Shown piece after piece: positions 9,001 to 16,021 of a DNA stretch of 56,163 bases. Under the pieces are notes generated by a model that worked only from the letters and a program-made list of their open reading frames with translations, did no database searches and was not told the origin of the DNA. Numbering within the stretch: position 1 is the first letter of the stretch; the number at the start of each line of letters is the position of its first letter. A program made the translations under genes and the position numbers. Source of the DNA: an uncultured Methanosarcinales archaeon (GTDB taxonomy: Archaea > Nanobdellota > Nanobdellia > Woesearchaeales > UBA10216); the NCBI GenBank assembly GCA_964504135.1, contig CAZDCW010000001.1, forward strand, positions 90,667 to 146,829. Reading direction: 5' to 3'.

Positions 9001-12000
9001 GTCACTGTGAATGTCACTGATAATGTAAATGTGACACTTGTTTCTGCTACTCATAGGGAGGCGTCGATTAATCTGTCGTATAATGAGACAACAAGATTGT
9101 GGAAAGGAACAATGCCTTCTCCCACCACAACCGGTATTGTTCAGCTTAACATTACCGCTGTGGATTCATCTAATTTAACAGCCACCAATTCGACTTCTGG
9201 AAGTGGGTCTGGTAGTTCAGGCTCTTCTTGTCCGCCTGGTTACTCTTGCATCTCCTCAGAAGGAGGAAATAGTAGCAGTGCTGATTTGATGGTTTATCCG
9301 GGGGACATAATAAATTCACCTTCAATTATGCGAAGCAATAACTCTGTTACTTTTAACGTTACAATTTACAATTTTGGAGGTACCACTGCGTCAAATTTCA
9401 AGGTTGCCCTTAAGATGGATGGTGTGCATGTTAACAATAACACTATTAGCTTAGGTGCCTCTAGCAGTACTGTCACACAGTTCTTTTGGAATTCGACTGC
9501 TGGAAATCATACTGTCCAGGTTTCTGCTGATTTCACGAATCTTATAGAAGAGTCCAATGAGACTAATAATAATGCTTCAATCAATATAACTGTTGAGGAT
9601 ACTATTCCGCCCTCAATTTCAAACATTGAGACACAGAGGGGTAGTTTGGTTATTAGGGTGAATATCAGTGACGAGCAGAATATTAGCTCTGCTTCTGCTT
9701 TGGTGAATGGTACTGAGATTCAGCTTTTGTATAACCAATCCTCGAAGTTGTATGAGGGTTCGTCGACTTCCGTGCAACCCGGAACTTATCCGATGTTAAT
9801 TAAGGCAGGTGATTTGAGCGGTTTGGTCACTACTGTGCAAAGCTCTATTACTGTTTATGCAGATTCGATTGATTTGAGGCTCGGCCAAGATGATTTCTGG
9901 TTTTCGGAACCATCTCCTTCTGATCAGGACGTAATTCAGACTGTTGCCAGGGTTCATAACAAGGGTGTTAATGTTTCTTCTAGTTTTATTGTTGAATTCT
10001 TAGTGGATAATGAGTCTAAGTTGAATAGTACCATTTCGGTTGATGGTGAGAGTAATGTTTCGGTTGTTTATAATTGGACAGCTTCTTTTGGGAACAGGAC
10101 ATTTAAGGTAAAAGTGGATTCAAGGAATAATGTTTCTGAGGTGAACGAGTCGAATAATGAGGTTTCAAGGAGCATTAATGTCTCTGACGATTCTCCTCCA
10201 GTTATTCGTAAGTTGATGTTGCCTGAGGTTCCTTATGTTGGGTCAGGATTTGTTGTTTTGGCCAATATCTCGGATAACATTAATGTTAGTAGGGTTAACT
10301 TATCGCTTAATTCTTCGGAAGTCAGTTTTTCATTTAATGCGACATCTGGGCTTTATGAGAATCTTACAATTTCCTCTCCTCCGGCTGCTGGAACTTATAA
10401 TATCACACTTACTGCTACGGATGTAAACTCTTTGGCCACTTCCTTGCGGGAAGAGATCGTTGTTTATGGAGTTCAGCCGGACCTTGTTGTTGGCGTTGGG
10501 GATGTTGAGCTAGAACCGAATAATGTTTCTGAAAATAACTTGTTAGGTATTAATGTGACTTCCTTTAATAATGGAGGCTCTGATGCTGGTAGCTTCAAAG
10601 TTGAGTTGCTTGTTGATGGAATTTCCAGAACTAATAATAGCTTGTCTATCGCTAAGGCTTCTAGGAATTTGACCCGTTTCACTTGGAATGCTTCTTATGG
10701 CTCGCACAACATTTCGATTAAACTTGATTCTGACAATTCTGTCGCAGAGTCTAACGAATCAAACAATGTCAGAAACCTTTCTTTCTTCGTGCTGGATATT
10801 GCTCCGCCGCCTGCATTAACCTTGGTAGCAACTCCGTCTAACTGGACTAATCAAACTTCCCACAATATCTCTTGGACAGCAGTGACTGATCCAAATGGGC
10901 TTAGCAGGTATGAATACAGAATTAACTATGGCAATTGGTCGAGTGTCGGCTTAAATGTTTCATTTTTAACCCCCTCTTTATCAGAAGGGATTCACACGAT
11001 TTATGTCAGAGCTACAGACACGCCCGGAAACATAGCCGAGCCAAGTAACATATCTGTATATATCGACATTACTCCGCCCAATACACCAGTTATAAGGGAG
11101 TGGCATTCAGGAAGCAACTGGTCAGGCCATAACACCCCTTTTTTAAGCTGGACTGATCCGGGTGATAAAGGGAGTGGGGTTAAGAACTTCACAGTGAGCG
11201 TTAATGACGGTCAAGAAACAGGTCTGGGTAGCAACTTAAGCTATCATAGCGCTAGCTTGACCACAGGCACACATACATTCAAAGTAAGGGCGTATGACGC
11301 CTTAGGCCAAGCGAGCAACTGGTCAAACACAATCACAATATACATAGACACAACTATTCCCAATGCTCCTCAAGTTACTTCGCCCACGCATCCAGATAAC
11401 AACACTTGGTACGACATCAATACCCCCGTTTTTAACATCACACCTCCATCAGATAGTTCTGGAATCCAAGGCTATTACTACATCCTCGATAAAAAGACGA
11501 ACACTTCTCCAGACACAATGTCTTTCTGGACAACCAATATGACGATAAACCTCACGAATTTAGGCAGTAATCAGTATGGAATCAACGGGACCAACAGTAC
11601 AGACTTGGGTGTGGCTAACGGTGAGTGGTATATGCATGTGATTGCCAAAGATAATGTAGGAAATCTGGGTACGGGCATAGCTCACTACAAGGTTAACATC
11701 AATGTTTCTAAACTACTTGTTACTAACTTTACTGTTCTTCACAAATCAGGATTTTATAGGATCTTTGGATTCTCTGTTTTGAATAGCGGATCTAACAACG
11801 TCACCGATGTTAATTGGTCAATGAATACTGGGGAATCAATAGTTTCTTCACAATACCTTATGAATCTGAGCGGAGGAGAATCTGTAAAGGTCTACTTTGC
11901 AAATACATACTCCAATTATGGTGCTTACAGCGTGATTCCTTCAGCATCTTCCGGCTCTATGATTGGCGCAACCACCTCAACAGTTACAATCAGTCCAATA

Positions 12001-12285
12001 GAAGTTGCAAACTTATCTGTTTTGAACTCTACAAGTAGAAAAAGGATTTTTGGGTTTGACATTATGAACTTATTATCAAATAACCTATCGAATGCGTCCT
12101 GGGCATTTGATACTAAGAATAATGATGTAATTAATTCATCGAGTAACTTTAGTTTGCTGCCTTATGAAAGGGTACTTATTTTTGTTGAACATAATTTCAC
12201 CAGTTCAGGAGTGTTTAACGTTAACAGTACTGTTAGGAATAGCAGCTTTGTTGATTGGCAAAACTTAAGCGTCAATGTAGGCTAA
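6079..12285 (+). CDS. giant (2068 aa) secreted surface/adhesin-like protein with CARDB and Ig-like modules
   Basis: Signal peptide MKKQIIFALIVLVFAVAVLAF. Three CARDB-type domains end in ESNE.NN-like motifs (about 9280-9595, 9866-10183, 10476-10790), each preceded by an Ig-like module beginning D.xPP[VS]I. More Ig/FN3-like modules lie at about 10800-11700, followed by two C-terminal ~90-aa repeats. N-x-S/T sequons are dense. Confidence 0.85.
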   Translation: MKKQIIFALIVLVFAVAVLAFNETNSETIDINPSSNETVYSPPVVFDINFTVNSTISNETQATSSNLIILTKIIELFADKVSAVKGAVIRISAKLVDENESALALKPVWIYANDTLIGGEQTDAEGYMFFEWNTSETIPGQYLINVSFPGQVRTLQETIILQPSYNFNAISIEPESVVNNIANESVSSIVQAENDWAVNINGPNSKVGNYHLTTKDTAWTILNNDYITKYVDYGFVYINDTYYRVDWKWNDPYVKLMLNDCILLDGQQQKNCVKDVSISSLTEGFVPPGIEKQDLNAYAKEIDSECGLLGPREKNFCKNNAAKRHIVSVNYDLDRFVSDYFQGKGVNDLRSSISYLAAEDAPKEVIRGNAAFIGTVNPLKKDSGRFYLELKDGFYNSNGLRVKWGLNSVLAEFNNSKIAENLTFAGDGNISRYGNITRFIEMPKNSNVTSAFLNITGYKVPEGTYTGIWFNITNYTYSIGSIVSNGTHLFISDRAYMGMVYMYTANLSNLGQTGFDGIYFTKNGTFFWRVDAGGNTAYRHYLNGTSTGVSHSLSANGMGYPTHITTNTTNFWVNDYYAPVFDAIIHKYDISLSDLSQNITIDGSIDGWPNSDFALGVNGMATDGTFLWIMDGNNRRIFKYYASNGSYHSNWSTALDFLDNNGIGIDSNYIWVGHYNANITKHTRNKFPDIVWLEIGTPNGAHEWDYSGNFNGTNKTSNLASALNTALNNGNCDCTGCSLNGNNCSIPVLFHADTPGILEYSSIVVNHNTAPSFLVNSTDDSDAISATDKGLNVTFSANISDLDNDAVKIVFCDSAGRSGLGCLYLEYCNIGFGLPGFKSCQYNTSGLAGMEYNWTSFACDNNSVCTSGVNGTFYIARPKDPAMFVNGSQVWNYSGLFDGPQTVENFDDELRTELSGCQAINGSCNVSFVFYSSEKGKLELSLINIQYDLYDTEPPVIHNISVQPKPVFINSTMNVTVNVTDNVNVTLVSATHREASINLSYNETTRLWKGTMPSPTTTGIVQLNITAVDSSNLTATNSTSGSGSGSSGSSCPPGYSCISSEGGNSSSADLMVYPGDIINSPSIMRSNNSVTFNVTIYNFGGTTASNFKVALKMDGVHVNNNTISLGASSSTVTQFFWNSTAGNHTVQVSADFTNLIEESNETNNNASINITVEDTIPPSISNIETQRGSLVIRVNISDEQNISSASALVNGTEIQLLYNQSSKLYEGSSTSVQPGTYPMLIKAGDLSGLVTTVQSSITVYADSIDLRLGQDDFWFSEPSPSDQDVIQTVARVHNKGVNVSSSFIVEFLVDNESKLNSTISVDGESNVSVVYNWTASFGNRTFKVKVDSRNNVSEVNESNNEVSRSINVSDDSPPVIRKLMLPEVPYVGSGFVVLANISDNINVSRVNLSLNSSEVSFSFNATSGLYENLTISSPPAAGTYNITLTATDVNSLATSLREEIVVYGVQPDLVVGVGDVELEPNNVSENNLLGINVTSFNNGGSDAGSFKVELLVDGISRTNNSLSIAKASRNLTRFTWNASYGSHNISIKLDSDNSVAESNESNNVRNLSFFVLDIAPPPALTLVATPSNWTNQTSHNISWTAVTDPNGLSRYEYRINYGNWSSVGLNVSFLTPSLSEGIHTIYVRATDTPGNIAEPSNISVYIDITPPNTPVIREWHSGSNWSGHNTPFLSWTDPGDKGSGVKNFTVSVNDGQETGLGSNLSYHSASLTTGTHTFKVRAYDALGQASNWSNTITIYIDTTIPNAPQVTSPTHPDNNTWYDINTPVFNITPPSDSSGIQGYYYILDKKTNTSPDTMSFWTTNMTINLTNLGSNQYGINGTNSTDLGVANGEWYMHVIAKDNVGNLGTGIAHYKVNINVSKLLVTNFTVLHKSGFYRIFGFSVLNSGSNNVTDVNWSMNTGESIVSSQYLMNLSGGESVKVYFANTYSNYGAYSVIPSASSGSMIGATTSTVTISPIEVANLSVLNSTSRKRIFGFDIMNLLSNNLSNASWAFDTKNNDVINSSSNFSLLPYERVLIFVEHNFTSSGVFNVNSTVRNSSFVDWQNLSVNVG
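8929..10790 (+). repeat. three tandem [Ig-like + CARDB] coding modules inside the 2068-aa gene
   Basis: Modules start at DTEPPVIHNIS, DTIPPSISNIE and DDSPPVIRKLM. Each CARDB part ends with IEESNETNNNASINITV, VSEVNESNNEVSRSINV or VAESNESNNVRNLSF. Confidence 0.75.
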
Positions 12286-12318
12286 AATGATTAATGCTTT
12301 TCAGGAGGCGATGTAAAA

Positions 12319-14190
12319 ATGAAGAAAAAAACCTGGTTGTCAATGATTTTATTCATTTTTGTTGTTGCTATGTTAAGTGGAGCAGTTGTGGGTCAGCGAC
12401 ACGTTAAAACAGCCTATCTTCAACATGTGAAATCAGAAGCAGGTCTCACCCAAGCTTATACATGGTATAAAATCTGCAATCCTGCAAATTTTGGCTACTC
12501 AATAAGCGACTCATCCAGGCTCAGTGTGAAATTTAATGAAACTGAAAATTCGCTCAGAGGCTACGGATTCGCTATACTGTCAAATGTGAGTAAACAGGTA
12601 ACGGATTACTCTACTGTCTGTAATTCTTACAATATTTCTGCAGAAGCTAACGCATCTAATCCTTCAGGAAGCCTTGCTTTTAATAATTGCAGTGTTATAG
12701 CTGTTGGTAATAGGTCAGTTGTTGAACAAAAGTGGGTTCCATTTTCTCCTGTTGGGCAGACCTTAAAGGCGAACACATGTTACGATATCAAGGTGGAAGG
12801 GAATTATCCGGCGAAAACGGGGCAGACAGCGATTGACAACGTCGTTAGTTATGCAGGCTTTACTTTCAGTGAATTCGCATGGTGGAACGTTAGCTACAAC
12901 ACAAGCTTTAGGTTCTGGCTGAAGGAGCCAAATGGCACCACCAGAACTTATGCGCCTTTAAGGGTGAATATTACCGGTATTTCCGGTAAGATAGATAACT
13001 GTAGCAATGGAGTTTTGACGCAGAATATCAGCGGTTCCTTGGTAGAAATACCTTCCGAAGTTGTCCTTAGCAGAGTGGGCCAAGGCGGAAGTTGCTATAT
13101 AAGATTTTTAGCTAACCTTTCCGCTAATGAGAATGCCTCGTTTGTGTTCTTCACAAATGCAAGTGTTACAAGGCCTAAGTACCTGAGTGGTTGGAGTCCC
13201 CAGTTGTGGTATAATCAGCCCTGGGGACCCAGTGCTTTTGCTGTTTGGGATGATGCTGTAGTAGCCGCTAATGGGACGGTTGTATACCAGGGCTTGGATA
13301 TGAGGGCGGGCGGCTGGTCTCTTGATTACGGGTCTGGAGATATTGTTTATGATGCGGGCAGAAGTCTTAGAGACCGGGGTGGTTCTACTTTTATCTTTTC
13401 TTCAGCAGGAGGGGGTTGCGGAGTGGATGCGCAGTGTAAGATGTGTATGTATCTTAATTCTACAGACTCTGGTGATGGCTCACAAGGCCACCATACGCTT
13501 GACGCTTTGGACACTGCAGGAGGCGCCGAAATTAGTATTTATGATTATCCTGGTGTAAGCAGCACTTACTATGGGTATGGCTGGGGCGGGCCTAATTTCG
13601 TGTCGAATTATCCAAAATCAAAGCAATGGGTGTGGCTGTGTGGAATAGTCAATAGCACAAAAAAGCAGGTTTGGATTGGACCTAAAAGCGAAGCTAACAC
13701 TTCAGGCACAGCAGACCTGATAGGCAAGATGCGGATAACTTCAAATGGCGATGCAGGAACATATCATTGGAGTAAAGACCGTATGGCTTCAAACAACTCG
13801 TATAATGTTTATAATGAGTCGGATTATCCTGTTTTCGCTATGGGACTGGAGGAAACTCAGGCAGGCTCATCAGGCAGTATAACAGAAAGCGAAGCCAGGA
13901 CTGCTATGGAGCAGGGCATAAATAGCAGCGTGTTAGGGCCCAGCGCTTCTAAGCTTACGGATCAGAAGATTTTTTCCAGAAACTTAGTTAACGCCCAGGT
14001 TCTGGGAAGATTCGATAAGGTGGCTATTGGTGGTAATCAGAGGTGGGCGTTTAATTACGTTACTGTGGGGGATACTAATGTGAACATGTTCAATTTGACG
14101 CCCGTGTTATATACACTGGAAATGTCAAATCTCAATAGTGCCCAAATCACAGATATGGTAAGCAAACTAATAAATAACACGAAACAGTAG
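12319..14190 (+). CDS. secreted protein, DUF2341/LamG-like (tentative)
   Basis: GGAGG lies about 10 nt upstream of the ATG. Signal peptide MKKKTWLSMILFIFVVAMLSGAVVG. WWNVSYNTSFRFWLKEPNGTTRTYAPLRVNITG resembles the start of DUF2341 domains. Low-GC codon usage. No C-terminal anchor was seen. Confidence 0.65.
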   Translation: MKKKTWLSMILFIFVVAMLSGAVVGQRHVKTAYLQHVKSEAGLTQAYTWYKICNPANFGYSISDSSRLSVKFNETENSLRGYGFAILSNVSKQVTDYSTVCNSYNISAEANASNPSGSLAFNNCSVIAVGNRSVVEQKWVPFSPVGQTLKANTCYDIKVEGNYPAKTGQTAIDNVVSYAGFTFSEFAWWNVSYNTSFRFWLKEPNGTTRTYAPLRVNITGISGKIDNCSNGVLTQNISGSLVEIPSEVVLSRVGQGGSCYIRFLANLSANENASFVFFTNASVTRPKYLSGWSPQLWYNQPWGPSAFAVWDDAVVAANGTVVYQGLDMRAGGWSLDYGSGDIVYDAGRSLRDRGGSTFIFSSAGGGCGVDAQCKMCMYLNSTDSGDGSQGHHTLDALDTAGGAEISIYDYPGVSSTYYGYGWGGPNFVSNYPKSKQWVWLCGIVNSTKKQVWIGPKSEANTSGTADLIGKMRITSNGDAGTYHWSKDRMASNNSYNVYNESDYPVFAMGLEETQAGSSGSITESEARTAMEQGINSSVLGPSASKLTDQKIFSRNLVNAQVLGRFDKVAIGGNQRWAFNYVTVGDTNVNMFNLTPVLYTLEMSNLNSAQITDMVSKLINNTKQ

Positions 14191-14199
14191 AGTTCCAAA

Positions 14200-15045
14200 A
14201 TGATAACCACAGAGTTCCTTTCAGGCCTTGACCGCTTCAACCTGGTGATGAGGAAGCGGGTTACTTCAAAGTATGCAGGCTCCAGGCCTAGCCTTATGAC
14301 CGGCAGGGGCGCGCAGATTAAGGATTACAGGCTTTACGCCGCTGGTGATGACTTCAGGCAGATTGACTGGAAGGTCTATGCAAGGACTGATAACCTTTAT
14401 GTGAAGCGCTTTGAGGAGGAAAGGAATCTTACAGTCCACGTAATCCTGGACATCAGCTCCAGCATGGCTTATGGCAGGCCGGGCAAGTATGACTTCGCCG
14501 CCATGCTTGGGATTGGCTTTGCCTACATTGCCATGAGGGGCAATGAGAAGTTCCAGTATGCTGTCTTTTCCGATAATCTTAGGGTTTTCCAGCCGAAGCG
14601 GGGCATGGGCCATCTTGCCGGCATGGTTGAGCTTCTGAATTCCACCAAGCCCTTTGGCAAGTCTGACTTTGCGAAGGCGATGGTGTCTTACAGGAAGATT
14701 CTGGGCAGCCGTTCAATGCTTATAGTTGTTTCAGACTTCCTTTATGACCTTGAGAACATAAAGGATGGGCTGAAGGTGCTTGGCAATGCAGACACAAAGC
14801 TTGTCCAGGTCCTTGACAGGACAGAACGTAATTTAGGTATTGAGGGCGACTTGAAGCTTAAGGATTCTGAGAGCGGCGAAGTCATGAGGACTTATGTCAG
14901 CGCAAAGCTTAAGTCCGACTATCAGCGCCAGCTTGAGCATCACATTTCAGAAATAAGGAAGGCTGCTATCCCGGTTAAGGCATCCTTCAATGTAGTAACG
15001 ACAGATACCCCCATTTTTGACGCTTTTTACCAGATTTTGAGGTGA
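14200..15045 (+). CDS. DUF58 (vWA-like) protein, the usual MoxR partner
   Basis: Family motifs YRLYAAGDDFRQIDWKVYARTDNLYVKRFEEE and the MIDAS-like VILDISSSMAYG. GC returns to about 50% at this gene. Confidence 0.9.
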   Translation: MITTEFLSGLDRFNLVMRKRVTSKYAGSRPSLMTGRGAQIKDYRLYAAGDDFRQIDWKVYARTDNLYVKRFEEERNLTVHVILDISSSMAYGRPGKYDFAAMLGIGFAYIAMRGNEKFQYAVFSDNLRVFQPKRGMGHLAGMVELLNSTKPFGKSDFAKAMVSYRKILGSRSMLIVVSDFLYDLENIKDGLKVLGNADTKLVQVLDRTERNLGIEGDLKLKDSESGEVMRTYVSAKLKSDYQRQLEHHISEIRKAAIPVKASFNVVTTDTPIFDAFYQILR

Positions 15046-15054
15046 GGGGCGGCA
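14998..15054 (+). repeat. direct repeat copy A (authentic 3' end of the DUF58 gene)
   Basis: acgacagat(accccc)atttttgacgctttttaccagattttgaggtgaggggcggca. The 38-nt core 15013-15050 matches 15605-15642 with 2 mismatches. Confidence 0.85.
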
Positions 15055-15374
15055 TGTTTCGCGTCTTTACAACTGATGAATTTGACAAGGATTTGGCCAA
15101 GCTGGACACTTCTGAGCAGGTCAGGGTAAAAAAGATACTGGGGCAGCTTCAGCAGCAGGGAGCTAACGTAGGCAAGCCTCTTTCAGGTTTATCATTTTTT
15201 AGAGAAAAAAAGTTTGATGGCAAACGACTGTATTTTTTGGCTTATAAAGAGTTTTTGATTATTCTGGTAATCGCAATTTCTGGAAAAAAGGCGCAGCAGG
15301 CAACGATAAACAGCATTTTGACCGACTTGATTCAATATCAAAGCCGCATTTTTGACTTGGCAGGAAAAAAGTAA
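15054..15374 (+). CDS. RelE/ParE-superfamily-like toxin (tentative)
   Basis: About 106 aa. FRVFTTDEFDKDLAKLDTSEQVRVKKILGQL...GKPLSGLSFFREKKFDGKRLYFLAY..LIILVIAISGKK follows the RelE/ParE pattern (F.kdlkkL ... gk.L ... R.g.yR..Y). ATG 15054 is preferred over GTG 15042. The gene body is very AT-rich. Confidence 0.5.
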   Translation: MFRVFTTDEFDKDLAKLDTSEQVRVKKILGQLQQQGANVGKPLSGLSFFREKKFDGKRLYFLAYKEFLIILVIAISGKKAQQATINSILTDLIQYQSRIFDLAGKK

Positions 15375-15375
15375 A

Positions 15376-15579
15376 CTACCCTTTCCACTCCCTAACTCTT
15401 CCGCTCTTAAGGTCTTCTAGGCTTTTTTTTATTTTAGCCACCAGCTCTTCATCGACTTCAGCACCCCTTTTCAGGCGTTCATATTCTTCCTTGGGTATAG
15501 TTACTGTTTCCATAACGCGGACAGGTGGGTGGTGCACTTTAAATACCTTTTTATTGTGCGTTGTGTACAGGCTGGGCAT
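15376..15579 (-). CDS. small hypothetical protein, antitoxin-like (start may be 15513)
   Basis: The ORF is 67 aa. The internal Met version reads METVTIPKEEYERLKRGAEVDEELVAKIKKSLEDLKSGRVREWKG (strand plus helix, a typical small antitoxin layout). It is convergent with the RelE-like gene, with a 1-nt gap between the two stops. No clear SD. Confidence 0.35.
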   Translation of the reverse strand: MPSLYTTHNKKVFKVHHPPVRVMETVTIPKEEYERLKRGAEVDEELVAKIKKSLEDLKSGRVREWKG

Positions 15580-15593
15580 CTTTCCACGTGGTC

Positions 15594-15646
15594 ACGACAG
15601 ATCGATTTTTGACGCTTTTTACCGGATTTTGAAGTGAGGGGCGCCA
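15594..15646 (+). repeat. direct repeat copy B (non-coding, decayed duplicate of the DUF58 3' end)
   Basis: acgacagat(cg)atttttgacgctttttaccggattttgaagtgaggggcgcca, 592 nt downstream of copy A. A 4-nt indel breaks the DUF58 frame. Confidence 0.85.
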
Positions 15647-15655
15647 CGCGCAGCA

Positions 15656-15916
15656 TTATTTCTTCCTTCGGATGCGGTGGACAAGCTCTGGAATCTCGGA
15701 TTCCTTCATCCCTGCCAGCCTTGCTGCCTGGTGCAGTGGCCTTGTGATTTCCTCCCAGGACATGGCGCTTGCCTTTTTCATTAGCAGCGTATCCCCTTCC
15801 AAGAGGAACAGCACCTTTTCCCCTTCCTTGAGTTGCATCTTCTCGCGCATCTCTGCAGGTATTGCAATCTGCCCGCGCGCGCTAACAGTTCCAATATCCA
15901 CCGTTTCTGCCACCAT
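15656..15916 (-). CDS. AbrB/MazE/SpoVT-family DNA-binding protein (antitoxin-like)
   Basis: VSARGQIAIPAEMREKMQLKEGEKVLFLLEGDTLLMKK is a typical SpoVT-AbrB swapped-hairpin motif. No adjacent PIN or MazF partner. Confidence 0.75.
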   Translation of the reverse strand: MVAETVDIGTVSARGQIAIPAEMREKMQLKEGEKVLFLLEGDTLLMKKASAMSWEEITRPLHQAARLAGMKESEIPELVHRIRRKK

Positions 15917-15938
15917 CTTTAAAATAAGACAAATCTTG

Positions 15939-15947
15939 TATTTAAAG
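15939..15947 (+). promoter_or_regulatory. TATA-like box upstream of the pilus assembly operon
   Basis: tatttaaag lies in the divergent AbrB / coiled-coil intergenic region. A second AT box, tttaaaataag (15918-15928), faces the AbrB gene. Confidence 0.3.
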
Positions 15948-15998
15948 TTTTCGCCTTGGCTTCATCTGTGCCGTTCACGAAGAGTCAGCCTGCTGCCA
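15948..15998 (+). repeat. intergenic repeat element, copy 1
   Basis: Contains cacgaagagtcagcctgctgcca (15976-15998), which is identical to 29128-29150. The upstream block ttttcgccttggc...ccgttcac is also shared. Confidence 0.8.
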
Positions 15999-16021
15999 AA
16001 AAAGTTAAGTGGCGGTGTCAA

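Noticed and set aside
9190-9250. Gly/Ser-coding stretch (ggaagtgggtctggtagttcaggctcttct) as a possible microsatellite or phase-variation tract.
   Set aside because: The codons are varied and there is no perfect nucleotide repeat unit. It is more likely a flexible linker than a slippage-prone tract.
15971-15998. The repeat element ends in ...gctgcca and contains gttcac, which looks superficially like a tRNA 3' half (a possible att site).
   Set aside because: The flanks of the putative T-loop (gtgcc / aagag) are not complementary, and no acceptor-stem partner exists upstream. It is not a tRNA fragment by eye.
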